Positions 21,720 through 36,419 of a stretch of 64,000 nucleotides of DNA are shown in pieces; positions within the stretch are counted from its first letter, which is position 1, and each line of letters opens with the position of its first letter. The position numbers were made by a program, and so were the translations under genes. The DNA lies in NCBI RefSeq assembly GCF_030028105.1, contig NC_092379.1:26591821-26655820 (forward strand), in the 5' to 3' direction. The DNA comes from Mobula birostris (taxonomy: Eukaryota). The notes beneath the pieces are model-generated. The model saw only the letters and a program-made list of their open reading frames with translations, searched no databases and was not told the DNA's origin.

Positions 21720-22560
21720 AGACATGGTCATAGACATAATTTTATTGATCCCGGGGGAAATTGGTTTTCATTACAGTAGCACCATAAATAATTAAATAGT
21801 AATAAACTCATAAATAGTTAAATTGCAATACGTAAATTATGCCAGGAAATATTGGCTCATGGTGTCTGACCCACTAAGGGATGAGTTGTAAAGTTTGATG
21901 GTCAGAGGCAGGAATGACTTCCTATGACGCTCTGTGTTGCATCTCGGTGGAATGAGTCTCTGGCTGAATGTACTCCTGTGGCCAACCAGTACATTATGTT
22001 CTGGATGGGAGACATTGTCCAAGATGGCATTCAATTTGGACAGCATCCTCTTTTCAGACACCACCGTCATAGAGTCCAGATCCATCCCCACAACATCATT
22101 AGCCTTACGAATGAGTTTGTTGATTCTGGTGGTGTCTGCTACCCTCAACCTGCTGTCCCAGCACACACCAGCAAACATGATCCCACTGGCCAACACAGAC
22201 TCGTAGAACATCCTCAGCATCGTCCGGCAGCTGTTAAAGGACCTCAGTCTCCTTAGGAAATAGAGACGGCTCTGACCCTTCTTGTAGACAGACTCAGTGT
22301 TCTTTGATTAGTCCAGTTTATTTTCAATTCGCATTCCCAGGTATTTATAATCCTCCACCATGTCCACAATGTCCCCCTGGATGGAAACAGGAGTCACCGG
22401 TACCTTAGCTCTCTTCGGGTCTACCACCAGCTCCTTAGTCTTTTTTTTCACATTAAGCTACAGATAATTCTGCTCACACCATGTCACAAAGTTTCCTACC
22501 GTAGTCCTGTACTCGGCGTCATTACCATCTCTGCGGAAGGTACACATCGATAGGTTATAG
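21720..22560 (-). mobile_element. Rex/Babar-type LINE 3' fragment (unit B)
   Basis: ORF 21837-22220 MLRMFYESVLASGIMF..; homologous to 11545-12390. Confidence 0.8.
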
Positions 22561-22774
22561 CTGGATTTCACTATACTACATGTGTGTTTCTCGTCAACGA
22601 TTCTGCGTTTTCACATATGCTATGTGGGCATGTTTGTCCTACAGAGCAATTATGTCCTGCATTTCGGTATAAATTTATGAGAATTGGCAACGTCTGTGTC
22701 AAGGAAAACAGAGTCATCTCTAACACGATAACCCGGACGTATTTTGAACAGATGCCACTTAACCTGGAAACATC

Positions 22775-23060
22775 TTCCGTGACATTGCTTCTCTTATTAC
22801 AGACAGAAATGACGTGGAATGTTCATAAAATAGGAAAGAAAGATAAAACAATGATGATCTTGATTGACCAATTACCGGTCAACGTGCAGCCAAAACAACC
22901 AATCACTTTTTTGCCTCTCTGTCTGTCTCTTCTCTTTCTCGAAGAACCAATCATGAGTATCTGATGGAAAGTATACTTCGCTCGCATTTCTGTTAACCAG
23001 TCAGAACAGCAACATCAACACATTCCACCATTGCTTGTCGTACTCGACATAGCAGACAAC
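22775..23060 (+). promoter_or_regulatory. V2 promoter (TGACGTGG + 3 CCAAT)
   Basis: TGACGT at 22810; CCAAT at 22868, 22899 and 22947. Confidence 0.6.
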
Positions 23061-23501
23061 ATGTGGGCAATCCGATTCTGGGCACTAATACTTATGCCTG
23101 CACTACCCGGTATGTTCAGTTTATAATATTCGTCCACTTCCTCTGGGATACCTTTCCCTTGGGAAATGCTCATACGTTTCTTATTTTCTTCCAGGCGCGA
23201 GTGCTGAATATTTGGTAATCCAGGATCCGGCAGTAGTTACGGTTCAGGAAGATCAAAGCATGCTGCTGAACTGCAGCTACCCTGCAACAGCTGCCAACAC
23301 GCTGTTCTGGTACATGCAATATCCTGGACAATCTCTAATATATTTATTGAAGAGATACGCAACAGGGAATGGTGGAGAGCGATCGCCTGATTGCCCAGAC
23401 AGGTTTTCGGCTGCAATAGACAAAGGAAGTGCGACGGTTCCTTTCAGAATATCTGCTGCTCGTATCTCTGACTCCGCCGTATTTTTCTGTGCCATGATGC
23501 C
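23061..23501 (+). CDS. TRAV: TCR alpha/delta V segment V2 (leader 23061-23109, V exon 23195-23501)
   Basis: Leader MWAIRFWALILMPALP-G, 85-nt GT-AG intron, open V exon with Cys23, Trp41 and Cys104. Confidence 0.9.
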
Positions 23502-23540
23502 CACATTACTGCCGAGCTATAGAACGCCACTGCAAAAACC
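23502..23540 (+). other. 23-RSS of V2: CACATTA-23 bp-GCAAAAACC
   Basis: Read directly. Confidence 0.9.
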
Positions 23541-25469
23541 GTTTATAAAATTTACAATTTGCAGACTTCAGGGGGCAGCATAGAGATAATGTTGGTTCCG
23601 CGGCACATTTTGCAGGAAGATACAGACTGAAACAATCACCCAGTGGAAATTCATCGTGTGTTTACGTTAAGACATTGCAGCATCTCGAGCTGCTTATCTG
23701 ATTGTGTAGAAGTCCTGGACAATATTTTAATTGATTAAGCTTCGTTTGACTTGAGTGATGAATTTATAGCGATACCAAACCCTGCAGTGGGTGTTTACAT
23801 TTTGTCTTCAAATATTTACGCTTATGCTACAGTCAGAGTTCGAATAACAGGCTAACGGAATTGTCACGATATTTAGCCATAGCTCGCAGTTCCTCTGAAC
23901 GGCGAAGTTTCCATAGTCTTGGGAACTCATTTTGGAAATATCGACATTTCTCTCAGTCACTGTGGCATCTTTTGTCTGAAGCGTTCGTTTGCCTCCATGC
24001 TTTTTTTTTCGCTCTCATGAATGGTTCAGAAAAAGTCGATCCCCTACGTTGAATGACAACATTAATGGATCGAGGGCGCCGTTTAGTTCTGCTGTTTTAA
24101 GTTATTGTGTGCACCGATAAATCCTCGCTTATGAATTCTGACAAAGAACACTATTGTTAACTATCGTAGGATGAATCTATTTGGTCCTCCATTCAAGGAA
24201 GGGAGCACAGAAATACTACTTAAATGCAAAAGAATATGTCAGTACAGTTTCAGCAGCGAAGTCCGCTGATGCATGTTTTGCCTCTCCGAACAGTCCATAC
24301 CGATCTGGAGGAAATTTGGCCCGTTAGATTTCACATTATTGTAGTTAACCTATGCATTTTCAGCAAAATTGGATTTGTTTCTCTTGAAGAGGAGAACGTG
24401 CACACGGAATGGAGAAATTTGCACAATCAGTTTGAGGCTGCTGAAAATTGTATCATTTTAATATTGGTTACGCATAACCTTCCTAACCAGACTATGGAAA
24501 TGTCTGAGCGGGTGGAACAGCTTATTTCAGAAATTCTTTCGTTCAGAGCATAAATATTCTGTTTCTGCAGGAACTCAGCTTGTTGCAAAATAAACCCCTT
24601 CCCTTCAAATACAGAGAAATAGCTAAACACATATCTTCTCTTATTCCTTATTATTTTCATATAAGCAAATTTAGGTACCAGTGATGCCCCAAATAAATGC
24701 ATCTGCTGGACATTGCAATGATTAAATTAAAGACTGCCCGTGTTTCCACTTCTTCGGAATGTTTGTCTTTTCCATGAAGCTCCTGAGGATCAGATTCGCT
24801 ACTACAATGGATCTTGATGTTGGCAAAAAGCAGCAAGGTTAGATAGCACAAAACCACGAAGATTAGTTACAGTTCAATCCAAAGACAATACAGCATGCAG
24901 ACGATACGTCAGATCATCGTGTTTTAACCGCTACAAACATACTGAATGCGACACATATAATGACAGTAAGACATGGTTACTGATACTCCTCATACAATGA
25001 ACTTTGAATCGCTGCGGTCCATCGAACGGAGGCTTCAGTGTGCACTGTTTCCACAATGCAGTGTCTTATGATTATTGCGTATAATCCTTTGAACAGCCAA
25101 CAATAGTACAGCAATATTTTAAAATATTTTCAATTGACGATGTTTCCTCATAAGCAACGGTTTAAAATATGCACGCTAAGGAAACTACGAGGAACAGTGG
25201 TTTCCCAAAATCAAACAAAGAACGTGCCGAAATATTTTGTAATACGTTGAAGAGCGGAGATTGTACTTGCAAGACCCTCCATCTTCTGCACAGATTTTAT
25301 TCGATTTGCATCTGTGTCCACTATTAACAAGATCCACTTTACTGCAAAAAGCCTGTGAAGAAATATCTTATTTGGTAATAAATTCAGGTAATCGAGATTT
25401 TATGAAACTTATAACATCAGAGATTCGGTTCATTCGGCCACAGTCGCAACCTGCCCAGTTTCGCTCGGT

Positions 25470-26020
25470 AATACTGATCTGGCAATGACATAACTGAGAA
25501 GTCCAGTGGTTCAGGCAGCATGTACGAAAATGAATAAAGTTTCGACGCTTCGGACTGAGATGCTATATCTGGGCTAGGAAGGAAGCAGAAGGAAACCCAA
25601 AATGACATGTTAGGGGACTGGGACAATTACAAGTTGGAAGGTAAAAGGAGAAGCCAGGTGACGGGCTAAGTTCCCTGATAGGGAATGGAATGTGAAGTGA
25701 TAATATGGGAAAGGAGAGATGGAACATATATATGGCTGCAGAAGAGGAAATCTGATCGTTGAGTAGAGAGCATCATTGGAATATGGGAAGGAAGTGTATG
25801 ACACGGATGCGGTAGGCAGAAGGCGTAAGAATGGAGACAGAATGCGAACTGAAAAACGAGAGAATGAGTGGAAAACAAATATTGGACGTTGCAGAAAATG
25901 ATATTTATGGCTTCCCATTTGAAGTTACACGAACGGAAGAGAAGGAATTCGACACATTTTGGTGAATAAATTAAGGAAATATTACTCGCATCATCGGCCA
26001 AAGTAGCACAGGAGGTTCGT
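25470..26020 (-). mobile_element. Penelope-like 3' relic, unit B
   Basis: Homologous to 15225-15700; also retains the tail ..TTTATTCATTTTCGTACATGCTGCCTGAACC.. on the minus strand. Confidence 0.6.
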
Positions 26021-28814
26021 TAGCTTTTAGTTCCCTCTGGTATAATGTATCAAGAAGGTATCTTCAAATTTGTACACGAATAACTCTAACTGTTTTGAAC
26101 AGTAAATAACCTTCCGAAACATGGACGAAACAGATGATTTACTTTCCGATATATTAAGAAACTTGAAGCATTATGTCAAATACTGTGTGTGTTCATTTTT
26201 TTTGCATTATATTTCACTATGCTGCAGTCACTAAACATACAGCTCCATTTATTCTGATGAAAGGCGATTAGCGTCTTCAAAATTTCTTTTTAGCATTCAA
26301 ATCGTCCCTTGTTTCCCAATGTTACCGTCTAGGGGAGACAGCTGATGCGCTCTAGTTTCTGCGTTTTGAGGTTCATCGTGATATCAACCATAGACAGAAA
26401 AAAAACCGTCGACCAGAAGCTAGAACACTTGTGGATCTGTGTCTGCCTAGCTGATGTCAAGTGCTACCCACTGTTTAAGTCTTTATCGATATCCTGAATG
26501 TCGAATGTAATGTTACTATCCTCCAATGAAGTACACTCTGCACATCGCCTCTGACTTAACCTAGCCCTCCAGAGATCTGCCTCTGCACCATCTGTCACTA
26601 AATTATGCGGTGGTGCCCTCTGCTGTTGTGTGCAAAGCTCTGGTCCCTGTACAGTGTGTAGTTGTGCGGCTTCTCGGTAACTAATTTACACCCGCGCACA
26701 TAACTTTCTTGCCAAAGAACTAACATTTTATTTCATATAACATCAACATAATTTTCAAGTTGTGCCAATTGAAATTAGAAATATGCTAATATAATTTAGA
26801 AACATAGTGGATTGATTGTGTAATGAATATAAAACAGAAATACTGGAAATACTCAGACATTTTATAGATTCAGTATTTTTAAATTGACAATGTTTCAAGT
26901 TAAAAACACTGTTGCAAATTTTAAGAACAATCAAAGAGTGGAAACGGATAGCTGATTGATAATAAATCGCCAGCCCGCTGAACACAGATGCTGTCTAGTT
27001 AACTATATTCGTTTTGTCATTGTGCCTATCAGTGTTTGATTCCATTCGCTTGTGTTATGATATGTTGTTTGTGTTTGTTCGATATGGAAAATATCCATAT
27101 TCTGACTGTTTTGAGTATTTCTATTTAAAAAAATATCTAATTATAATTGTCTTTTTTTCTTAAAAAACTTTCAACTCGTGATTATATTTTCTATCCCTTC
27201 TCAAATGATTACGTGTGTATTTTTTTTCATATTGAGGATGTCGATATACAAAGAATTTCCAAATTAAACTCCAAATGAGTGAGAAGCAAGAGAAAACCTA
27301 GTTGCCTGAATAAAGTATTTGTCTCTGATATTGTAAAATTGGAAAATAATTACAGTATCTTCACTATTAAAATTATTCCTTCTGTGCGTGCTGTATAACG
27401 AAAGTGGCCAAATGTGTAATTATACCAGAGAGTTGGTGTGGTGAGAACTGTGATTTGGAATTGTCTGAGTGCATCAGCAATACTTCAGACATAAAAAAAA
27501 AACTGAACAAATCCGGGAAACCTATTTTCCATGCACAAATTGCAAATGACGTGAAACAAATTTGTACGGAGAATTTTAACATTGGACTTTAAAATTCGAC
27601 TGGAAATGAGCAGAACAATGAATGAGTGTTTGTGAGATCTTTGAAGCAATCCGCACTTGACAGCATGACAATAGTTGAACCAGGAAAAAATAAATACCAA
27701 CAATTAACTTGATATTTAAAAAATTGATTTTATTTACGTAAGATAGAACAACTGTAATACTTGGACTGAAAACATGATGGTGCTGCAGTCATTTTCCAAG
27801 AAATAAAGCATCTGTCTGCTCAATATTAGGTTGTCCACAGATAAGGCAATGCATAGAAAAAAAAAAAACAAGAACAACAACATCTATGCAGTACATCAGA
27901 ACATTGCAAAAGGAAAGTACATGCAATGTTCAGTTGTTAGTCCGTTGAAGACAGAAAAGCTAGAATACTTAACTCATGCAACGTTATGTAATGAAATCTT
28001 AGTTCGAACACGAAACAAAGTAATAAGACATTTTCTGGTTACTGCATTAATAAGGAATACGAAATAGAACCAGTGTTACAAAGCGCAGGTTAAACAATGT
28101 AACGATACATTCACCAGGTATTCTCTAAAGGCTCTGACCGATGCACAATATCGAATGCTTCAAATCACCTTAACGGTATTTACGAAACTAGTTTTTCAGA
28201 TTAAGAATGCACACGGATATTCTGGAAACGAGAGGCTGAATTCTTGCCAATAAGTTGCATAGTAGACAACCATAAGGATCATAAATTATAGATCCATTTA
28301 GTTCCGAATATAAGCTTGTATTGGAGGCTAATTTTTCGCAGACTGAGCGGTGGTGTGATTCCAATCAAACGGATCTCTCAGCAGTTGGGTGCACAAACTT
28401 CCATCTCGTGAAGATTTTTCTGCATTTCCATACCTCTGTATTACTGTCAGCTAACCATTTGCAACAAACGTCTTCTTGAGATAAGTTTTAGTACTTAGCA
28501 CTCACTAAGTGAAGCAGGGCCCCGTCATCGTTCTTCGGGATATCCTCACTGCATCTGTTTGTTTCTAAGCATAATTAGGATTTTTTTTTTTTTTTTCGTG
28601 TGGTGCTCTATCTATGCCAGCTATTTTATGTACCACAACGACGTCCCTTCTTATTCGCCGCCGCTCATTGGGGAACAAACCTAGGGTTACCAGAGTCTAG
28701 TCATAACGAAGCTCCTTCATCCCATGCAAAGAAGTTGCATCTACTTTGTCCCTCCCTATCGCTTTGTAAAATAACTGGACGTAGACCTCAGAGGATGTCA
28801 TATATATTTTATAA

Positions 28815-31130
28815 AATTCGATTATTATTTCGATTTCGATTTCCTTTCTTTTTTTGCTTTAATTGTCACAACAGTTGAACTATATGATTCGCAAACATAA
28901 TGTTGTTGATCATGGAATTCAACCTCACATATTTCGCTCCACAATGTGAAGATTGACTCCCTAAACGAGCAATATAATTGCCCTGGGCTGTTTGATTTAA
29001 ACACCAATTGTACTATTTTCTGTTGTTCGAAGGTCAATGAGTTATGAAGATCATCATCTTCGAGGTAGTGTGCATTTGAGAGAAAAGGAATGCAGATCCG
29101 ATGCTCAACTTCAAATTATCAACATGGAATTAACTTTTTATAACGATAAGAACTTGTTCTCGATGTTCGTCAATGTCTTTCGTCAAAGAAATTGGAAAAA
29201 AAAAATTCTCTGCACTTTATCTTGGTGTTACACTTCCTCCAGCTTTTAAAGTTTGCATAGATGCCAGTCTTATTATTTGCTTGGCAGCTCAGCTAAGAAA
29301 GTGGGATTTTATTTTCAGTAGCATACATAATGGTACTTTAGGTATTTAATAGATAGTTTTATTTCATCCATGCGTTTCAATATATGCGACCGCAGCGCAC
29401 GCTGCCACTTCGGTGGTGATGTATGTTATCTGTCAAGTAGGGGATCGTCGACAATTCTGATTTGATGGAGACGGACGTTAGAATACGGAGGAACATCTGA
29501 AAAACTTTTGAGATGCCTGCTTCTCTGCTTCTGCTACTGTGTGGTAACCGGAATCTCCGGAGCAGAAGGCCCCGGGATCCTCGGCTTTGCTTGTTTTAGC
29601 GGCCGGGACGAGGTCGAAGGCACTTGGCAGAGGATGGCGCTCTGGACGCTGTATCGGAGAGGCTGGTCGGAAGCTTGAATTTTTCGGATGGATAGACTCA
29701 ATGCCAGCTGTGTTCAGCTGCCTCCAAGGCATCGGTAAGTTGACAGTGCCTGGAGTTTTATGTCAAGGAGCTTCTCCCTTTTGCTGCCTGCTATCGGGGA
29801 CTCGGGAGTCGATCGACTCGGGGACTTCCGAGACTTTATTTACCGTGCCCATGGATTGTTATTCATCAAATCATGGTATTGCTTTGCACTGCTGTAACTT
29901 ATGTTATAATTGTGTGGTTCTGTCACTGTTATTCTTTGGTTTGTCATGATCTCTGTGATATCACTCCGATGAAACATTGTATCATTTCTTAATGTATGTA
30001 TGCATTTCTAAATGACAATAAAAGAAGACTGAGTGTTCTCATCGTCTCATATACCTGCCAGTCATGCCGACCCACGGGTACATGCTAATATTTCAAAGTG
30101 TTCCAAGTTCTAGTTTCTTTATTTTTTTTCAGCAAAAGTGAAATTTCGTCCTGACTGTTAACCGGCGCTCCAAGACATCCTCTTTGACACCAAAGAGCTT
30201 CGGTTTGGGGAATTTCTTAATAATCTCCAGCCACTTCTCGACAAAGTCCTTTAAAATACGATTCTTCTGTGATTTTCTTCCAAAACGGTTGATAACTTTT
30301 ATATCTGTTGACTAGACTTCTTTCAGGGCTTTTCGAATAATCCTGGTTGCCATTGGAAATCTGCTTAAGAAATAAAGATTGAAGCCATCTTTTGGAGCTT
30401 CAATGCTCGCTAAAGTAGCTAAACCAGATGCAAGGCCTGGTGTCACAACAGCTCCATCTGTCCAAAGGGTACGCATTTGTTGCGTCCAGTCAAGTTCCTG
30501 CTTGGTTAAAAACGTTCATATAAACGTCGACGTGTTTTGTCATTTTCTGGAATGGATGCAGAAAATAGGAATTCATCTCGAGCAGCATCATCCTGCGTAA
30601 AAAAGATTACAACAAAAAAAAACTCACAGCACTGAAATGCCTGTAGGTACACGCTGATTGGGAATTGCGAGGCTGCCAATGTCTCAATGTCGTGCTGTGA
30701 AAGGACGAAAGAGATGCCAAATATTCTTAAAAAGTAACATATTATTTGATGAAGGGACACTTTATAGTTTTCCTTTCCCCTCAATTCTTGTCCACTTAGA
30801 GCTCAGCCTCATGCAGTCCACATGGATTTATTTTAATCTCTCCCATAGTGTGAAGTTTATATTGTTTGGCAATCTGGCATGCAGCTTATGTGATTGTTTC
30901 ATGAACGGGTTGTCGTTGAACGGTAAATTTAAATATTCAAAGTCATAATTATTTCCAATTTAACTTTCTACGAAGACAAAAACGAAGGCAGTACAGACGG
31001 ATTTTTGCATGGACTGACATGAGGTGCGCCTTCGGTTCTGCTATCACGACACAAACATTGATGAAATATGGGACTTTTAATAAAGAGTATTGGACATACC
31101 TCCTTTCCTTCGACATTTCAATTTCAAATA
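28815..31130 (-). mobile_element. Fossil hAT transposase (unit C)
   Basis: ORFs 30506-30784 (..TQDDAARDEFLFSASIPEN..), 30949-31140 (KERRYVQYSLLK) and 28825-29037 (YVCESYSS..IKAK); homologous to 4040-6340. Confidence 0.8.
29390..30048 (+). mobile_element. SINE-like retroposon copy (unit C)
   Basis: Homologous to 4627-5285 at the same insertion point. Confidence 0.65.
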
Positions 31131-31689
31131 TTCTATTCAATTAACTTTTTTTTTTCTGCAGCCCAATATCATTGCATTTCGGAAGAAGTTTCTTTAGTAA
31201 ATCAACAAACGGAAGAAATCTGTATGCTAATTAAATGAAGTTTAAGACGCTTTACAAAATTGTCTAGCAAGAAAGGAAAACACGGCAGGTTTTGAAATTT
31301 ATCCGAATTTTAACACTGTCCCTGGCTTTTCGATACTCAGATAGAGAAAAGGGTCAGAACAGTATCTTACGCATTGTGTTCTTCTTGGATTTCGGCCAAT
31401 TGTTGCTCATGCCGACGCGTGGTACAATGAAAAGCCGCGCAGATTGGAGGAAAAACAACTTATATTTCTCTTGGGTAATTTCAACCTAATGGAATGAACA
31501 TATACTTCTTGATCATACCGAGCAATGCCCCGCTCTCCCACAGTAACATTAACTTTACTTGTGCTTTCCTCTCGTAAATTACTTGCAGAACAAAGAAGAT
31601 GTCTGCGAAAATGCCATCACTAGCTCTGCCGTGATCTCTGTGAAAGTTCACGATAGGCATGTCACGGATATGAAGAGAGAGACAGAGAC

Positions 31690-31726
31690 GGGGGGAGGGA
31701 GGGATGGGGTGGGAGAGAGAGTGAGT

Positions 31727-31782
<56 letters not shown>
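31690..31782 (+). repeat. Five G-tracts followed by ~(GA)27 microsatellite
   Basis: Read directly; an expanded paralog of 6915-6960. Confidence 0.9.
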
Positions 31783-31787
<5 letters not shown>

Positions 31788-32509
31788 CGTCAGATATTCT
31801 GCAATTGCCTCAGGAGAGGGTTTTAATTCACCACAGTGAATTAGAAAATACAGTCGCATCATCTTTTTTGACATATGCATATTATAAAAGAGGTATGAAA
31901 ACCGGAAACGATGCTGTGACAGATGCATACCGCAAAAGTGCAAAATTCGTTTTAAACACCGGCACATTAAACAAATGAATTATGAACTTAGATCTGTCAA
32001 TGATATTTGCATTTTTAATCACATTTGCTCTTATTATAGATTTTTTTTTAAATTAAGAAGTCCCTCGCCGTTCCCGGCAGTGATGGCACAGAAATGACTA
32101 CACAATATACGATGAATGGAATATAGCAATGCACACAAAACGTTGAAGCAAGTAAACAGGCCATGCAGCATGAAGAAATAGAAATTCAAAGCATAGGTAA
32201 TTTTGAGAGTATACTTCATGAAGGTGTTGGAACGTTTTGCTAACAACACAGAAGAAAAACTTTCAATTTCCAAGGGAGGCACTAACAAGGCAGAAGTGGA
32301 CAGAGACCAGTTGCAGAGGTCGTGCTACTTCTACCTGAAGACTGATCGAGAGAATAAAGTTCAATACCATGTTCATAGTGACTTCACAATGGACAGACGG
32401 GGAGTGTGTTGCCCTTTAGGCACATGTTTAGCTTTGTTCGGTTTCCGCTTTGAATAATTTGTTTGTAACTCTTTTCTAGTTAAAGTTAAAGATAAAATCC
32501 AATGTCAAT

Positions 32510-32830
32510 GGTATATCGCGGCATGTGATGCGGTCAACTCCAGATTCGCTGCGTCCTGGGGGTAACTTCCTGTTCGGAGAAGGTGAAAAGTTGGGGCCGT
32601 GCGTGCAGCATAAACGTAAAGATCTCCGTGTCTACACATAAAGAAACTTTATAGAAGCAACGCCGTAAGTTCGGAAACAGTATTTGAAGTGAAAATATTA
32701 ACGCAGAATCTGTTAAAGGAAGCAGCGGTTGGAGCGGCGCACATGGCGGCTTTTCAATTTCAAACGCGGTGTGTGCTCAAGCCCGGCGGCAGTTTGACAC
32801 GACCCCCTTCCTCCCCTGGGCAACTGAAGA
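32510..32830. promoter_or_regulatory. CpG-rich promoter-like patch (unit C)
   Basis: Paralog of 7690-7940 with ACTTCCTG and CATGGCGGC. Confidence 0.3.
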
Positions 32831-34906
32831 CACTCGCTAAAAGAAAAGAGCGCTCGTGGTATTACTACGACTCTGTTTTCATTGGTTCCGGTTTAACTTG
32901 GTGTTTAGTCAGAGTTTCAACACACTACACGAGAACATTTCAAAGCAAAAGATTATTCTCTGTTTTGCTTTTTTTTTCACAAAGGATAGATTATATGACA
33001 GGTAAACTAATTAGCAGTCTTATAATAACTAGGGACTTCGAAAATTAAGTCTGATTTTGGGTGAGTATTCCATGATCTTTCTTTGAAAGATTAGTGATGA
33101 CACAAGTTGTAGTTTGCTTCAAAAGCTTAAATTATGAGGCATTTCCTCAAAATGGAAAACAGTTTAGTCAACTACCCCACTCCTTCAGACATGCAACTTC
33201 CCATGTTCTCCTCTGAGTTTTGATGAATATATGACTTTGAAATAGTTGCATAAATCACTCAATATGATGGAGATATCTACCCGCTTGGAACATACGCCAG
33301 CACAAATAATCAGCAGAAAAACATAAAAATGGAGAAAACTCATCTAATCACCAATACAGGTTCGTTACAGTCTGCAAATTACCTCTGAAAATTTGTCGTT
33401 ATCATTGTACGTTTCACCCCCCTGCGGTGGGGAAGGACAATGATGCAGGGCGTCCCAGTGTGAGTACAACAATCCTCACCATTGAGAGTAACCTCGTCAT
33501 CCCTCTTTGCATCCACACGAAACATTGAATGCAAACAGTGTGAACAATAGACAGAGCCATCAGAGACTACATACTACGCAGTTGAATAACACGCCATGTT
33601 GCCAAGTAAAAACGTATATTTTAACAGGTTTTCAATTTATTCGAAGAGAACTTCCAATACTGGCAACACTTAATATAAAAGAAAATAGGCCAATTCAATA
33701 TCATGAAAAACATTGAATTGAATATGTTTTTCATCTAATCAAACACAATCAGACACCATAGTCTTAAAGAAACACAATTTAATTGCTATTGTATGTACAC
33801 CATCGAAAATATTATACGGTTAATAAAGTTCTGTGATATTAATATATTATGAAACACAGGGATTAATGCCGTATTCTCATTATTGAAAGACAATGGAGTT
33901 CATGACGCTTGCAATTCAGTGCTCTGAGCTTGATGTCGCATTATATAGACTTCTCCTTTCCGACCCAGAGAGTTTTCTGGAGCAGAATAGCGCCTCAGAA
34001 ACGACATGTTTTCCAGCCTAAGAACACATAACACAATCCATTTTAAAAGATGCAAATCAGTACTCTGTTGTGTCAAACTGATCTTCACTGCAATTATGTT
34101 GAAATGAGTATTCATTAAAATAAATTATGCATTCATCAAAGGCTCTAAATTGGAGGCCGAGGCAGAAAGCCACGCAAAAGACATCCTAACCTTGTTTTGC
34201 ACGCTCAGCTTTCAGCTGCCTTCTAGCGGTACTGTGCTGCATAAAACTTTACCGAGTATTAGCTGCTCTGAATTCACTGGTGAACACGAAGAATTTGGTA
34301 ATAAACTGCCCCTCTGTCAACTTAAGCGGACTGTTTCATCCACAGTTTTGAAGTGGGTTTGAAGTGGGAATTTTCTGTGATTTTTGCTTTCAATCATACC
34401 GCCATGCATGGAGCGTTTGCTGATAAACGATAGAGGTACGACTTGCCTTCACGGTGCAGTGAGCACAATGGGTGCATTTTTTGTAAAGGATAGCATTGTT
34501 AATACGAAAGTTGATTCCGCTAACATCAGTTAACATTGTTCTCAGAGAATGACTGTATTTACAAATTCTTTATCAAAACAAACCCATTCGTTACCTTCCA
34601 GCTCTTTCCTCACGTGATCTCTAAGTAAGCCCAGATGCAATAAAGAACACTTATGTCGCGTTAGTTTTATTCCAGCACAAGAAATAAAATCAGGGAAGGC
34701 ACGTGCCTGCGAAAGTAGGGCACTCTCCTTTCAGAACGGAGAAAGATTTACTCCAGCCCCTGTGTTCTTTAGCGCCCACTAAAAATATCCGGCTGTGCAG
34801 ATTAAGGAAGACTCTGTTCTGAGCAAAGGGCTATGTTAGGGTAGTGTTGTGGTGGTATGGATCGCTCAAAGTTGCCAGGGCAAAGAGTAGTACCTGCTCA
34901 TCGACC

Positions 34907-36090
34907 AGATCAGAACATAATACAAGAAATAGGAGCAGCAGTAAGCCACCTGGCCCATCAAGCCTGCCCACTATTCAGTAAGATCATGGCCATGGACTCA
35001 TCTCCACCTCGTTTCCAGCAATAGCCCATAGTTTTCCTACTATGCATAAAAAAAAAAAAAAACGATCCAACTTTGCCTTAATTATGTTCACTCAGGTAGT
35101 CTCCAGTATTTCATTGGGCGAAGGATTCCACAAATCCTCCACTCTCTGGGAAAAGCAGTAGCTCCTCATCACGGTACTAAATCTGCTCCCGCGATGCTTG
35201 AGGCTATGATCCAAGCTCTAGTCATACCTACTAGTGGAAATAGTATTCCTCACACTCGTTCATCAATCTCTTTCATAATGTTATATATTTTGGATAAGAT
35301 CTCCTTTCATTCTGCTGTATTCCAACATGCACAGGCAAAGACCACTATATTTTCCTTCAAATTCTAAGCAACTCCTCTCTGGAATCAGCCTAGCGCCTTT
35401 TTGATTGGCTGCTGCACCTGAAAACTAACCCTTTTGCGATTCATGCACAAACACTCCCGTTCTTCTGCATAACCGCATGCTGCATGATTTTTACCTTTAA
35501 AAAAAAAAATCTGATCTTCCAGTTTACTTCGAATGTAAATGACTTTGCATTTACCAACATTGAACTCCATCTGCCAGACCCTTGCCCATGCATTAAACCT
35601 ATCTACATTTCGCGGAAGATACTTCGTGTCTCTTGCACAATTTGCTTTTCCACTCATTTTAGTGCCATCAGCAAACGTAGAATCACTATAGTCGATCATT
35701 TTATTTTACAAGATTGTTATTGCATATTACGAAGAGTTCCGGGCCCAGCACCAATCCTTGCGGCACACCAGTTACCATTGATTTCCAACCAGAGTATACT
35801 CCAAGTATCCAACATGCTTTCTATCATTTAACCACTCCACTTTCTGTGTTCATACATTATTCTGACCTCTATGCACCCTTGTCTTATGGATGAATCTTTA
35901 TGTGGTACCTATCAGTCCGTTTTCTGGAAATCCAAGAAAATAACGTCCACCTTTTCCCTTCTATCCACCGCGCTCGTTATACCTTCAATGATCCCCAATA
36001 AGTTTGTGGAACAGAATCTGCATTTGTTGGATTATTGCCGCGTCTGTCTGATGGATCTGTTTATTTCCAAATCTCCATTTCTTCAATGAT
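34907..36090 (-). mobile_element. Old CR1 3' fragment (unit C)
   Basis: ORF 35385-35699 FADGTKM..WQMEFNVGKCKV; homologous to 10040-11220. Confidence 0.85.
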
Positions 36091-36419
36091 AGCTCAAGCA
36101 TTTTTTAGAAATACCGATGTGTTTCGATAGCTGCAATGAAGCCATCAGAACTGGTGCTTGATTGTAGTATGAACAGCTGTTGCATATCCCAAGTCGTGTG
36201 AGAAGTGACGCAACGGATACAAAACCGGAAGACTACTGATTTTGACTGTTGTCAACTGTCTTGTCAAGACACAGCCCAGAAGTACAACATCACAAACTCA
36301 TTATTTTAAAAACAACAAGAACAATCAGGGCAGAAATCATGACCGCCCACATCAGACGAAACGACACATTGTCATGTTATTGATGGCCATGTTAATTCAG
36401 CTGTCTGTTTATATCAACA

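Larger units (their letters stand above)
16801..27795. repeat. Tandem duplication unit B (~11.0 kb; CR1 present, ~5.6-kb and ~0.5-kb internal deletions, V2)
   Basis: Colinear with unit A, with jumps at ~20550 (A ~4245 to ~9865) and ~21414 (A ~10718 to ~11246). Confidence 0.9.

Noticed and set aside
23502-23583. V ORFs reading through the RSS (..PTLLPSYRTPLQKPF..LQGAA*) as a secreted single-domain protein
   Set aside because: Short read-through of unrearranged V exons is expected; no supporting polyA or splice structure next to the stop.
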